The position numbers and the translations under genes were made by a program. The notes beneath the pieces were generated by a model. It ran no database searches. It was not told where the DNA came from and saw only the letters and a program-made list of their open reading frames with translations. A stretch of DNA of 55,487 bases from a bacterium (GTDB lineage: Bacteria; Hinthialibacterota; Hinthialibacteria; Hinthialibacterales; Hinthialibacteraceae). The stretch spans positions 1 through 55,487 of the forward strand of contig CAXXSM010000035.1 in the NCBI GenBank assembly GCA_963663405.2, written 5' to 3'. Of the stretch, positions 18,599 through 29,422 are shown in pieces (position 1 is the first letter of the stretch; each line of letters starts with the position of its first letter).

Positions 18599-19675
18599 TC
18601 AGGCTTCGATTCGGGGGAAGTAGAGCCATAGGTGGCCTAGGTTGTCTTTTTCGCCGAAGTAGATTTCGCCATCTATTCCAACTGCCGCGTCTCCGAAGAG
18701 GTAGCCGTAACGGCGACGTTGGATGGTGGAGGCGGCGATCCATAAATCGCGGATTTCTTTGCGGCGGGGGATCGTAGGTGAAGAGATGTTCCATCTCAGC
18801 GCCGCAGGTTCCGAAGAGGCGGCCGTCCAAGGTCACCGCCCATCGTTGTGACGGGGGCCAGGGGTGTTTGTCCCAGTTGTTCGCTGAAGCCGTTTTTCTC
18901 ATCGAATGCGAACAGGTTTCCGTCGGAGTCCGCTATGTAGAGCAAACCGGATCGTGGATCGCTCGCCCATCGTGGGTCCGCATCCGTCCATGCGCCTTTT
19001 GGGAGAGGGATCGCATGGCGTTCCAACGTACGGGAAGGAAGGGTGGAAGCGCCAGAGGGTTTCCTTCGTATCCAGGCCATAGAAATTTTCTTCTGAGCCA
19101 ACGCCGACGCGTCCCCGCCCTTTTACTGCGCCAACGAGTTGGAATGATTTATCTTCCAGATTGACGACGAATAAATGGCCTTCCGATACGCCTACAGCGA
19201 ATTGACGGGATAGATCGGGGGCAGCATGAATGATACGCCCGCCATCTGGTATCACGCCTATCTCTTCGCACGGCGAACGGCGAAATCCCCATTCTTGAAT
19301 CAGATCGAACGGCAGCCCCTGCAGTCTATGGATCAGAATACGTCCCCCCTTGTCTCCATTTACGAACGCCGCGAACTCTCTTCGCCCGCAGCACACAGCG
19401 GCGCAGTGTTGGGCGTCTTTTATCGCAGCCATGTCGAAGACCGCGCCCGTGATTCCGCGAAACATTCCTACAAAGAGATGCGTTTGTTTGCCGCTCGTTC
19501 CACCGTATACGTCGCCATCCATTGATACATCCAACGCTGTGATCAAACTCTCATCGGCGGTTATGGGGACACTCGCGCCGGGGAAGCAGGTGGGAAATGC
19601 GACCAGCCGGCCTTCCGATGTAAACGCTCCGTGATGGATATCCCTGGGTGATCGTTTTGGTTTCGTTTCGCTCAT
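18599..19675 (-). CDS. Beta-propeller hypothetical protein, frameshifted
   Basis: Pieces 18899-19675 and 18796-19101, plus a final frame ...GEIYFGEKDNLGHLWLYFPRIEA* (TGA at 18599-18601). Confidence 0.65.
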
Positions 19676-19679
19676 TGAT

Positions 19680-21053
19680 TTACCCCCACATCCGTATTGG
19701 CAAATGCGCGTTCGTTCGTTTTCTGTGTTCGGGCATCGTCACTTTGAAGATTCCGACCGGATGCGGAGGTCCGACCGAACCAAAGAAGAGATCGCCGTTC
19801 CTATCGACTGCGCCCCGTGACACATACTGCGCGAATCCATCGGGGCGTTCGATAGTTGTTACTTCTTCTTTTTCATTCGTCTCTGGATCGATGCGCCAGA
19901 CGACGCCTTCCCGTTCTTTGTGCGATTCGGGCAATGGATTGTAGACCGGATCGCGCCACCTCGACGCGACAAAATAGACCTGCCGGTCTCCCGCGACGGT
20001 CAGCCCGCCACTGTGATCGAGAAATGTGTCTAAAGGAATGGTTGGATCGCGGGGCTGGGTCGCGGGGCCTAAATCTTCCACCCGGCCCCATTCGCCTTCG
20101 TTCGGCCAGATACGCATGAGGTATGGATTTGCGATCCAAGTCAGCGCGAAGACGCTTTCGCCGTCCGGGGCGTTGATGGCGTCGTAAAATACGCTGTGCC
20201 AGCCGGTTTGGAAATTGGAGTTATGCGGGAGAATGTAGGGCGAACACTCCAACCGGTCTTTTTCAGGATCATAACGGATCAAGCGCCCATCATCGCTGGT
20301 GGTCCAGATCCGGTGTTTTTTATCCATAAAGAGGACTTGCGCGTTTATGGAACCGATCCGGCCGATATCGCGGCGTTCCCGCTTCTCGATATCATAGATC
20401 ACGAAATGATCGCGCGGGTATGTCAGTGAATAAAGCAAACCGCGTTCTTCATCGTGCAAAAGACAGCGGCAGCCTTCTTTCGGCAGCAAGGTGTCCCACC
20501 AAAGGACTTCATCGCGCTGGGTGTCGTACGCCATTAGCGCGCTCCCCCGGAAACAGCGTTTGGGATCGTGCCAGGACCGCCAGGGGGAGTAGGCGGGTTG
20601 ATCGATGGGGGGGCCGGATAAGTGCGTGGCCATGTACATGACGCCATCATGCATGGATGGGGCGAAGCTGTAGTGGATTTTGCATTGCGTGGCGCGTCCG
20701 GAATCGCGTGGATCGTTTACCATTTTGTCGGCGTCGAAGAGGTAATCGAGCGCGTCGGTTTTTTCATTATACCGGACTACTTTGACGACGCCGCCCGGTG
20801 TTCCTTCCGCGCAGGCGGCGATGTAGATCCGGCCATCCGGTCCAACGGAAAGCGACCAGCAGGAATCCGAGATGGGATGCTCAGAAAATGGATACCACTT
20901 GCATGAATACTGTTCATTTCGTTTTTGGACACGTTGTTGGGACGCGCATCCCCCTGATTGAAGCGCCAAAGCGGAGATCCCCGCGACAGCGGCGCCGCCT
21001 GCCAATCGTTCCGCGAATTCACGCCGGTTGATATTTCGATTGTCCCGTTTCAC
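19680..21053 (-). CDS. Tat-exported (possibly lipoprotein) beta-propeller protein
   Basis: NRREF Tat motif, GGCAS lipobox-like motif, GPDGRIY and DRNGDLFF blades. Confidence 0.75.
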   Translation of the reverse strand: MKRDNRNINRREFAERLAGGAAVAGISALALQSGGCASQQRVQKRNEQYSCKWYPFSEHPISDSCWSLSVGPDGRIYIAACAEGTPGGVVKVVRYNEKTDALDYLFDADKMVNDPRDSGRATQCKIHYSFAPSMHDGVMYMATHLSGPPIDQPAYSPWRSWHDPKRCFRGSALMAYDTQRDEVLWWDTLLPKEGCRCLLHDEERGLLYSLTYPRDHFVIYDIEKRERRDIGRIGSINAQVLFMDKKHRIWTTSDDGRLIRYDPEKDRLECSPYILPHNSNFQTGWHSVFYDAINAPDGESVFALTWIANPYLMRIWPNEGEWGRVEDLGPATQPRDPTIPLDTFLDHSGGLTVAGDRQVYFVASRWRDPVYNPLPESHKEREGVVWRIDPETNEKEEVTTIERPDGFAQYVSRGAVDRNGDLFFGSVGPPHPVGIFKVTMPEHRKRTNAHLPIRMWG

Positions 21054-21339
21054 GTTTTACCTCCTGGTATTGAATCGAATATCGATGCACCTTCTTATTA
21101 TGCAGGAAGAAATGAAAGTTCGTAAAGGAAAGAGTAGTACAAATTTTCACTATTTACTCTATAATAAACAAAAACATATCAATCCATTGAGCGGCTGAAT
21201 TAAGGGCGCCAATTATAGTATTCACTCGCTCAATTGTTGATTTTTTTTAAGTTACGTATTCCCATCCGGTCAGTAAAAGAAAAAAACTATCTTGACGCTT
21301 TGTTACTTTTCATCCAAAATATGAAAGGGTTTTGAATCA

Positions 21340-22074
21340 ATGGAAAAAACTAATACTAATATCAACAAGAAATCAACAAGAAAAAAAACACCCCCCAAAA
21401 AAGCGAATTCTGGAGTACTGTCATCAAAAGAAAAAAAAACCGCAAAAGCAAAAAATGCCGCATTGAAAAGGAGAACGCCGATGAAGAAAAGTCCTGATCT
21501 TCCCTCCCCAGCGAAGAAGACAACCGATATTGCGAAAATCGCTCCGGAGAAAGACCTCGAGGCGCCTGGCGCTGAAAATCTTGATAAAGTTCGTGAAATA
21601 CTCTTTGGGATGAAAATGCGCGATTACGATCATCGAATTTCATCACTTGAATCGAACTTACGCAAAGAAATATCCAGCAACGCCGCAGAAATGGAGAAGC
21701 GCATTGATTCGCTTGAAAACTATTTTAAAAAAGAGATCAATACTCTCTCGGATAAAATACAGGCGGAACAGAATCAGCGCGATCAGGCTGTAAAGGAATT
21801 GAACCAGCGGTTAAACGAGATCGATAAGCGAATCTTATCATTGGATGACAAACTGATACAAGCGAACCGGAACAATCATGAGGAAATCCTTGAACAATCC
21901 AAGACACTCCGCAAGGAAATGAAGGATTATCATGATGAATTATGCCATTCGCTGACCGATTCCAGTAATGAATTAAATAATAAAAAAGCGGACTGTTCTT
22001 ATCTAGCGTCTTTATTTTCTGAAATGGCCATGCGCCTTAACAATGAACTGGATCTGAATTTTGATCTGAAATGA
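21340..22074 (+). CDS. Coiled-coil protein with Lys-rich N-terminus; first gene of the small-GTPase operon
   Basis: LDKVREILFG motif, long heptad region, C-terminal LASLFSEMAMRL. Confidence 0.8.
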   Translation: MEKTNTNINKKSTRKKTPPKKANSGVLSSKEKKTAKAKNAALKRRTPMKKSPDLPSPAKKTTDIAKIAPEKDLEAPGAENLDKVREILFGMKMRDYDHRISSLESNLRKEISSNAAEMEKRIDSLENYFKKEINTLSDKIQAEQNQRDQAVKELNQRLNEIDKRILSLDDKLIQANRNNHEEILEQSKTLRKEMKDYHDELCHSLTDSSNELNNKKADCSYLASLFSEMAMRLNNELDLNFDLK

Positions 22075-22086
22075 GAATGATGCGAC

Positions 22087-24252
22087 ATGCGGGAAAAGCC
22101 GGTTCCAATCCATGCCCAGGAGTCTTTCTCGAGTCACTCCACAGCCACTAACTCGGAATTTACCGAGTTGCAGCAGTTGTTATTTGGATTGGAACAGGAT
22201 CAGATTGCGGAACTGCAGGATCGGTTGAACGATCTTCAACTGCGCACACGGGATATCAGCGAAGTTCTTCCCGAAGCCATTCTGGAGCGCACCCGTCAGG
22301 ACAACCGGATTAGCGAAGCCTTGCTGCCGAATTTGGAACAGGCGTTAAAAGATTCCATCCAAAATGATCCAAAAACATTGGCTTCCGTCTTGTTTCCCAT
22401 CATGGTTCCTTCGATCCGGCGGGCGATTACCTCCGCGCTGCGGGAGATGATTCAATCAATCAATCAAACGCTGGAGAAAGCGTTTTCTCTGCAAGGTTTG
22501 AAGTGGCGGATCGAAGCGTTTCGAAAGAAGAAAACAATCGGAGAGATTGTTCTGCTGCATCAACTCATCTACCGCGTCGAACAGATTTTTCTCGTTCACC
22601 GCGCGTCCGGATTGGTGCTCCAGCATGTTGTTCTACCGGAGGTGGAAGATCAGGATCCGGATATTGTCGCGGGGATGTTAACCGCGATCAGGGATTTCGC
22701 TCACGATTCCTTCAACCTTCAAGACGACACATTGAACTCATTGGAACTGGGGGAATTGATCATCTGGATCGAAGAAGGCCCCCTCGCGTATCTCGCCATC
22801 GTGATTCGAGGGAACGCTCCCATAAAGATCCGCACGCAATATCAAGATATCATCCAAGACGTTCACCAGAAACATTATCAGAAACTCGAACACTTTAATG
22901 GAGACGTAACTCCATTCGAGCATATGCGGGAGAGATTGCAGGCCTGTCTGTTTCATGCAAAGCGTCCAGAGCAAGAACGCGGCCGGCCCTATTTGACTTA
23001 CGCGCTCGCTGGTATTCTACTGCTTTGGTTCGGATTATGGGCCTATCAGTCTTATCAGAAGCAGGCGCAGTTTTCGAGGTATGTGCAACGTCTGAATTCC
23101 ACTCCCAGTTTTATTATCACCAAGACAGGCAAGGAAAACGGGCGGTTTACCATCACCGGTTTACGTGATCCTCTCGCGCCGGAACCAGCGCGTCTTGCAG
23201 AGCAAGAACAACTGGATCCAAGCCTGTTTCGTGAGGAGTGGACTCCATATTGTTCGCTTCAGCCTGATTTCATTCTTCAGCGAGCGAATGCAATGTTAAA
23301 ACCCGGCGGCGCGATCCAATTGAAATACGATTCGGGGACGCTTTCCGCCGAGGGCTCCGCTTCACGGACGTGGCTTGAGACCGCGCAGCGTCTGGCTCCG
23401 ATCCTTCCCGGCGTATCCCGGTTTGAATCGAAGGATCTCGTGATCACCGACGCCCGGATCGAGCAGTTCATTGAATCACTGCGCGCTACACCCGGTTATG
23501 TAATTACTCATGTTGAAATTCAAAATGGAAAACGAATTTTATCCGGTTTTCAAGATCCTCTCGCGCAGGATTTTGAGGAATTGCTCCAAGACGCGGGGCT
23601 GCCTCCCGACGATTTCATTTTGCGGCTTGAATCCTATCAGGCGCAGTATCCTCGTTTTATCTTAGAGCGAATCCGGCGTATTCTCGATCCGGCGCCCTCT
23701 GTTCAATTGGAGCTGAAAGACCATGTTCTTCACGTTTCGGGCATGGCGCCTCAGTCATGGATCGACCGGCTTGTTATTCATAAAAACCTGCTCTCGATTT
23801 CCTTTGGGATTGATGCTATAAAGAGGAGTGGATTGCAAGCGTTGGAGGCCATGATTCAATCCATAGAGGAACGAGTTCTTTTTTTTGAAAAAAGTGAGAA
23901 TCGAATTCGCTCCGACCAAGAAGAAAAATTCGGCGAACTTGTCCGGGATATTCAACGATTGATCTCATTCTCAACGAAATCGGGATGGAGTATGCATATA
24001 ACAATTATCGGTCACACCTGTGACATTGGAACAACTGAAGAGAACAAACAACTCAGCCGGGAACGCGCGAAAAATATCCTCGATCGTTTTGTGGCGAAGA
24101 ATTTGGATTCAAGTTTGTTTACAATTCAGGAGATGGGCTATCTCAGCCCTCTGCGAAAAGGAAAAACCGAAGAGGACCGGCATTATAACCGCCGTGTCAC
24201 GTTTCAAGTGGAGGTGGACATGGAGAGCGCTGAAGAAGGGAAGCGCCCATGA
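22087..24252 (+). CDS. Bitopic membrane protein: cytoplasmic helical and longin/roadblock-like domains, TM helix, duplicated periplasmic repeat, C-terminal OmpA domain
   Basis: IIGHTCDIG..ENKQLSRERA..NRRVTF OmpA motif; TM YALAGILLLWFGLWAY; VEQIFLVHRASGLVL..GMLTAIRDF domain. Confidence 0.85.
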   Translation: MREKPVPIHAQESFSSHSTATNSEFTELQQLLFGLEQDQIAELQDRLNDLQLRTRDISEVLPEAILERTRQDNRISEALLPNLEQALKDSIQNDPKTLASVLFPIMVPSIRRAITSALREMIQSINQTLEKAFSLQGLKWRIEAFRKKKTIGEIVLLHQLIYRVEQIFLVHRASGLVLQHVVLPEVEDQDPDIVAGMLTAIRDFAHDSFNLQDDTLNSLELGELIIWIEEGPLAYLAIVIRGNAPIKIRTQYQDIIQDVHQKHYQKLEHFNGDVTPFEHMRERLQACLFHAKRPEQERGRPYLTYALAGILLLWFGLWAYQSYQKQAQFSRYVQRLNSTPSFIITKTGKENGRFTITGLRDPLAPEPARLAEQEQLDPSLFREEWTPYCSLQPDFILQRANAMLKPGGAIQLKYDSGTLSAEGSASRTWLETAQRLAPILPGVSRFESKDLVITDARIEQFIESLRATPGYVITHVEIQNGKRILSGFQDPLAQDFEELLQDAGLPPDDFILRLESYQAQYPRFILERIRRILDPAPSVQLELKDHVLHVSGMAPQSWIDRLVIHKNLLSISFGIDAIKRSGLQALEAMIQSIEERVLFFEKSENRIRSDQEEKFGELVRDIQRLISFSTKSGWSMHITIIGHTCDIGTTEENKQLSRERAKNILDRFVAKNLDSSLFTIQEMGYLSPLRKGKTEEDRHYNRRVTFQVEVDMESAEEGKRP

Positions 24253-24749
24253 TTTTGAAGAAAAAGATCTGCATGATCGGTTCCTACGCAGTGGGGAAAA
24301 CCAGCCTTGTCAGGCGTTTTGTAAAAGGGATTTTTTCGGATCATTATCTTACTACCGTCGGCGTAAAAATTGACAAAAAAACGATTATTATCGATTCGTG
24401 GACCGTGGATCTCCTGCTGTGGGATTTGGAAGGGAACGGGACCCTATCTTCTGTGAAGTCTACGTATTTAAAAAACGCGGCGGGTTATTTCCTGGTCGCT
24501 GATGGCGCCCGTGAGGCTACGTTTACAGACGCGCTTTCTTTGCAAAAGGAAGTGGAAGCGTTATTGGGGAAAGTCCCATTCGTCTTGCTGCTTAATAAAT
24601 ACGATTTGACGAATCAATGGTCGATATCCCCGGAAACCATTGCTGAACTCAAGACACAGGGTTGGTCTGTGCTCTATACAAGCGCAAAAGACGGTTTAGG
24701 AGTGGAAGAAGCGTTTACGCTTCTAACACAAAAACTCCTTGAGGTTTAA
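24249..24749 (+). CDS. Ras-superfamily Rab-like small GTPase (Rup-type)
   Basis: G1 GSYAVGKT, G2 YLTTVG, G3 WDLEG, G4 NKYD, G5 TSAK; 166 aa; ATGA overlap with the upstream gene. Confidence 0.92.
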   Translation: MILKKKICMIGSYAVGKTSLVRRFVKGIFSDHYLTTVGVKIDKKTIIIDSWTVDLLLWDLEGNGTLSSVKSTYLKNAAGYFLVADGAREATFTDALSLQKEVEALLGKVPFVLLLNKYDLTNQWSISPETIAELKTQGWSVLYTSAKDGLGVEEAFTLLTQKLLEV

Positions 24750-26411
24750 ATGAATTTACCGGCTCCCCTGCAATCTTATCTTTTACGCTGGCTCTCGGAT
24801 ATGTTCACCCCCGCTTGCCTGTATCTCGATGAGGAATACCGGTTAATTGACTGGGATGGGGATATCGAGGCGTTTGGATTTCCCTCTTTATGCGCAGGTC
24901 AATCCCTTATGGACCAGGTTCCTGTTTTTGAGGGCCTTTTTCCATTGGAACAATCCCCCTTTGTTCTCCCACGGGTGAAGTTGAAAGAAGAAACGTCTGT
25001 CGATCTCCATTGCATAACAGAGAATCAAAAGACCTTTGTATTGATTCTCGACGCCCGTCATGTTGAACAGAAAGTTCATATGGTCCAACAGCAGTTGGAA
25101 ACGCGAACGCAGGAACTGGCGCAAGTCAACGAGAAACTGCGCCAAGAGATCACCGATCATAAAAAAACAGAAAAGGCATTATATGAAAGTGAAGAGCGTT
25201 ACCGGACATTGATACGGAATCTGCCGGTCGGTCTTTACCGCAATACGCCTGGGGCCCAAGGAAAGTTTATCATGGCCAATCCGGCCATGGCGCGGATGTT
25301 TGGGTATAAAACCGTGAAGGAATTCATGAAATCCACAGTGGCGGATCTCTATCAGAAGGCGTCTGACCGCCGCGCATTTTCGGAGAAGCTCCTTATCAAA
25401 GGCCAGGTAATCGCAGAAGAATTGCAGCTGAAGAAAAAAGACGGCACACCGTTTTGGGGCGCCGCCACGGCGCGTTTGGTTTACGATGAGAAGACAAAAT
25501 CAGAATACTACGATGGACTCATTGAAGACATAACCGAACGCAAGCTAGCGAAGGAAGCGCTGAAACGAGCTTACGATGAGCTCGAGACGCGCGTCAAAGA
25601 ACGCACGAGAGAACTACAACAATCATACAAAGAATTAGAAAAAGAAATCATCGAACGAACCCGAGCGGAAGAAGAAGTAAAAAGACTGAATCAAGATCTG
25701 GAGCGGCGTGTAGAAAAACGGACGGCTGAACTGATCGCCGCTCTTAAGGAACTGGATTCCTTTTCGTATTCCGTTTCGCATGAACTTCGCACGCCTTTAT
25801 GGGCGATCGATGGGTTCAGTCAAATGCTGAAGAGTAATTACGCCGATTCGTTAAATGAGAATGGCCGCCGCTGCCTCGAACACATCAGCGTGAATAGTAA
25901 ACGCATGCTTCAATTAATTGATTCGTTTTTGAAATTAGCTCGTATGTCACGCCATGCGATCAAAAAAGAAACTGTCAATTTGAGTGATATCGCTTTCACA
26001 ATCGCCGATGGATTGAAATCCGCCCATCCGGACCGCCGCGTTAATTTCGTGATTTCTCCCAACGCGCGGACGGAGGGAGATTCGAGTTTGTTGTACCAAG
26101 TCTTAGAGAACCTGCTTAGCAACGCTTGGAAATTCACGAAGACACGAACGCAATCCCGGATCGAATTTGGCGTTATGATTGAAAAAAACAAGCCCATTTA
26201 TTACGTGCGGGACAACGGGGTGGGATTCGACACCGCCTACATGGATAAACTATTTTGCGCTTTCCAGCGGCTCCATTCTTCCGAAACCTTTGAGGGAACG
26301 GGGATTGGTTTGGCAACGGTTCAACGGATTATTCACAAGCATGAGGGCAGCGTCTGGGCCGATAGCGTTTTGGAGCATGGTTCGACGTTTTACTTTACGC
26401 TTTGGGAGTGA
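24750..26411 (+). CDS. Cytoplasmic PAS-domain sensor histidine kinase
   Basis: PAS domain, SVSHELRTPL H-box, NLLSNAWKF, DNGVGFD, GTGIGLA; the start abuts the GTPase stop (TAAATG). Confidence 0.93.
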   Translation: MNLPAPLQSYLLRWLSDMFTPACLYLDEEYRLIDWDGDIEAFGFPSLCAGQSLMDQVPVFEGLFPLEQSPFVLPRVKLKEETSVDLHCITENQKTFVLILDARHVEQKVHMVQQQLETRTQELAQVNEKLRQEITDHKKTEKALYESEERYRTLIRNLPVGLYRNTPGAQGKFIMANPAMARMFGYKTVKEFMKSTVADLYQKASDRRAFSEKLLIKGQVIAEELQLKKKDGTPFWGAATARLVYDEKTKSEYYDGLIEDITERKLAKEALKRAYDELETRVKERTRELQQSYKELEKEIIERTRAEEEVKRLNQDLERRVEKRTAELIAALKELDSFSYSVSHELRTPLWAIDGFSQMLKSNYADSLNENGRRCLEHISVNSKRMLQLIDSFLKLARMSRHAIKKETVNLSDIAFTIADGLKSAHPDRRVNFVISPNARTEGDSSLLYQVLENLLSNAWKFTKTRTQSRIEFGVMIEKNKPIYYVRDNGVGFDTAYMDKLFCAFQRLHSSETFEGTGIGLATVQRIIHKHEGSVWADSVLEHGSTFYFTLWE

Positions 26412-26482
26412 AGGATTGTTCTCGGTATTTGTAGAAGAAGACAAATGTTTTGCTCTTAGTACCTGTATAATTTTTGGAATTT

Positions 26483-26571
26483 CGCCAGGGCAGAAAAAAG
26501 TAAAGGCTCCGGCGCAAGCGCCGGTACTTGCCCTGGGCACCCGCAGAATAAAGCCCTTGCTCTGGGTACCC
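26483..26571 (+). repeat. Repeat family A variant with an extra hairpin in the loop, plus a partial tandem copy
   Basis: GCCAGGGCAGAAAAAAGTAAAGGCT-CCGGCGCAAGCGCCGG-TACTTGCCCTGGGCACCCGC. Confidence 0.8.
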
Positions 26572-26710
26572 TATAAATAGATTGTTTTTAATACGTAAAA
26601 TGGATCGTTATAAATATGTACTTATTTACTGAATGAACCGAGAATCAGAAACGAATTATTGATAAACCGCAACATGAGATCCAAGTCAGAGAAATTACGC
26701 ATAAGAGGTT

Positions 26711-28036
26711 ATGATGAAACGTAGAACTTTTTTATCCAATATTGTTTTATCGCAAGGCGCATTGTTAAGCGGGGCGCAGATCGCCCGCTCCAGTGATGCG
26801 GACACAAATGATTCACCTCGTTCTGGTAAGACTGTGATGGAACCGGCGCGGGAAATTCCCGTGATTGAAGAACCGGATGTATTGGTTGTCGGCGGCGGCC
26901 CCGCCGGTGTGACCGCCGCGATCGCCGCCGCCCGCGCGGGAGCCGATACACTACTCGTGGAACGCTACAATCATCTGGGTGGATTGTGGACGGGCGGATT
27001 GGTCTTGCCTCTCCTTTCCACGCACGCCATCGACAAGGACGGGAAATTTAAACAGGTCATTTTTGGGATCGGCGACGAAATGGCGAAACGGCTGAAAGCC
27101 CTTGATATGGCTATCAGCGAAGTGAATCCCGTTGTTGATCCGGAAGCGGCTAAATACATCTTTGATGTCATGACAAAAGAAGCGGGTGTGAAGACGCTTT
27201 ACCATTGTTGGGTATCGAACGTTCTACTCAACGATGGACGGATCGAAGCCGTCGTGCTCGAATCGAAATCCGGGCGTGTGGCGGTGGCTCCTAAAGTGGT
27301 TGTCGATTGCACGGGCGACGGCGACGTTCTTCATCTGGCTGGGGAAGAGTTTGAGAATTTTCACTATCATATCGGTCTCGTTCACCGTCTTGGAAATATT
27401 GACCGGATCGATACAAGCAAACCGGGGTATAAAGAATTGCGGATCGGCGATCCGACACCGATTCCCAGTGTGAATTGGGTTAACATGCACGGGAAAGACA
27501 ATCAAGACGGAATTGATATGTATACGTTGTCGGAATTGCAGCGGCAATATAGGATTGAGATATGGGAGAAAGTGCAGAAAATCCGTTCGACGCCTGGTTA
27601 CGAGTCTGTCTTTCTGTTGGATACCGCGTCGCAGTTGGGCGTCCGGATGTCGCGGATCTTAGCGGGGGCGTATCGTCTCACTCTCGCCGATTCGATGACG
27701 TATAAAAATTTCCCCGACGCGATTGGAATCAGCGGCGCTTGGACGAGTCTTCTCTATCAAGGGCGGCGGTATACAACCAGGGAGCGGCCCCTGTGGCAGA
27801 TTCCCTATCGCTCTTTGGTTCCCAGAAAGACGAAGAATCTGCTTGTGGCCGGCCGCTGTTTCAGTTTTGAAACGAAACTGGTGGAAGACGCGCGGATCAT
27901 CGGCACATGCATCATCACTGGACAGGGAGCGGGCGCGGGCGCGGCCGTCGCGGCTCAATCGGACAGCGCGGTTCAGGATGTGGATGTCAAGCGGTTACGG
28001 ACTATTCTTAAAGAACAAAACGTATATTTCGGGTGA
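26711..28036 (+). CDS. Tat-exported FAD-dependent oxidoreductase (FAD_oxidored family)
   Basis: KRRTFL Tat motif, [31 protein letters not shown]. Confidence 0.9.
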   Translation: MMKRRTFLSNIVLSQGALLSGAQIARSSDADTNDSPRSGKTVMEPAREIPVIEEPDVLVVGGGPAGVTAAIAAARAGADTLLVERYNHLGGLWTGGLVLPLLSTHAIDKDGKFKQVIFGIGDEMAKRLKALDMAISEVNPVVDPEAAKYIFDVMTKEAGVKTLYHCWVSNVLLNDGRIEAVVLESKSGRVAVAPKVVVDCTGDGDVLHLAGEEFENFHYHIGLVHRLGNIDRIDTSKPGYKELRIGDPTPIPSVNWVNMHGKDNQDGIDMYTLSELQRQYRIEIWEKVQKIRSTPGYESVFLLDTASQLGVRMSRILAGAYRLTLADSMTYKNFPDAIGISGAWTSLLYQGRRYTTRERPLWQIPYRSLVPRKTKNLLVAGRCFSFETKLVEDARIIGTCIITGQGAGAGAAVAAQSDSAVQDVDVKRLRTILKEQNVYFG

Positions 28037-29187
28037 AAATTAAAGCGCATTTCATACGCTATGCTTCTCTGTTTGCGGCTGTCATTCTGTCTCTTCCCCT
28101 TCCCTTGGGGATTCTGACCGGATTCTATCTCTGGCTGAGTCCTTATCTCTTTATCAATTCAGCGCTCGCGTCCTGGCGGTTCGCGGCTTTTCATGGATTT
28201 GGCGCCGCGGTGTTATTGTTAACCATTTTATATCACCGGTGGTTCTGCCGGTTTGTTTGTCCTACGGGGGCGCTTTGTGATATAGCCTCGAAGTGGGGGA
28301 GCCGGAAGTTTACTCTGCGCAGAGTTCCTTCGATTCATAAACATCTCTTCGTGACGGCGCTCTGTATGGCGGTTCTGGGGATTCCTCTTTTAAATCTTCT
28401 CGATCCAATCAATGTCTTTACGATGTTTTTTGATGGTTTTCAATCTACTCCATTCGCGATTGTAGTATTGAAGTTAAGCGGTTTGATTCTGATTTTGCTG
28501 TTCAGTTTTATTGTCCCTCATTGTTGGTGTCAACGCTTATGTCCATTGGGAGGAATGCAGGTTTTATTGACGGAGATCAAGAAGGCGATTCAAGATAGGC
28601 TTGTTTCACAAAAACTTACATTCAATTCAGGGCGGCGTTATTTCGTGGCAAGTGTTATCGGTTTGGGGATTGGAGCGATATCACGGTCACTGTCTGCTGC
28701 GCGTTTGAAGAATCCGCTCCGGCCACCTGGCGCGGCGCCGGAATCCCGATTTGTTATGCTCTGCGCCCGATGTGGGAATTGTGTGAATGTGTGTCCGACC
28801 GATATCATTTACACTTCACTCGATATGAATGATCCAATCGGAGCGCTGGCGCCTTCGATCCGCTTTGAGGAAAGTTATTGTCTCCCGGATTGCGTCCGTT
28901 GTGGGAGCGTCTGTCCCAGTGGAGCGATAACCTCATTTTCTTTAGAAGAGAAAAAACAGTTGGTGATTGGGATCGCCCGGATTGATTTAAAAGACTGTCT
29001 TTTGACAAACAATCGGGAATGCGACCGGTGTAAGGCGTTTTGTGAATATGGCGCGATTCAGATTGTAACCTCCGAAGATGATTTCTCTTCCTACCCAGAG
29101 ATTGTGGTAGACCGGTGTGTTGGATGTGGAGCGTGTCAAATTGTGTGTCCCGTTGGGGTGATATCTGTTGTGGGGATTACGACATAG
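28033..29187 (+). CDS. Membrane 4Fe-4S protein (NapH/MauN-like N-terminus fused to a MauM/NapG-like polyferredoxin)
   Basis: [48 protein letters not shown]. Confidence 0.88.
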   Translation: MKIKAHFIRYASLFAAVILSLPLPLGILTGFYLWLSPYLFINSALASWRFAAFHGFGAAVLLLTILYHRWFCRFVCPTGALCDIASKWGSRKFTLRRVPSIHKHLFVTALCMAVLGIPLLNLLDPINVFTMFFDGFQSTPFAIVVLKLSGLILILLFSFIVPHCWCQRLCPLGGMQVLLTEIKKAIQDRLVSQKLTFNSGRRYFVASVIGLGIGAISRSLSAARLKNPLRPPGAAPESRFVMLCARCGNCVNVCPTDIIYTSLDMNDPIGALAPSIRFEESYCLPDCVRCGSVCPSGAITSFSLEEKKQLVIGIARIDLKDCLLTNNRECDRCKAFCEYGAIQIVTSEDDFSSYPEIVVDRCVGCGACQIVCPVGVISVVGITT

Positions 29188-29237
29188 GTTAATGACACTT
29201 ATCGCTGTGGACGCTTTGAGAGTTTGTCTGAATTATT

Positions 29238-29380
29238 TTGTCTGAATCAGGATGGGCAGGAGAAGCAGGATATTCAGGATATGAATTATTAGTTTAACAT
29301 TGCTTAGCGTTACTTGATATCGATGAAGAAGGAGTTAATATCCTGGGCATCCTATCATCCTGGGTATCCTGATTCAGACA
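29238..29380 (+). repeat. Repeat family B
   Basis: TGTCTGAATCAGGAT...ATCCTGATTCAGACA. Confidence 0.9.
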
Positions 29381-29422
29381 GGAAAACATTGTTTGTAAAT
29401 CACTTCATGTGACCTGTTACGG

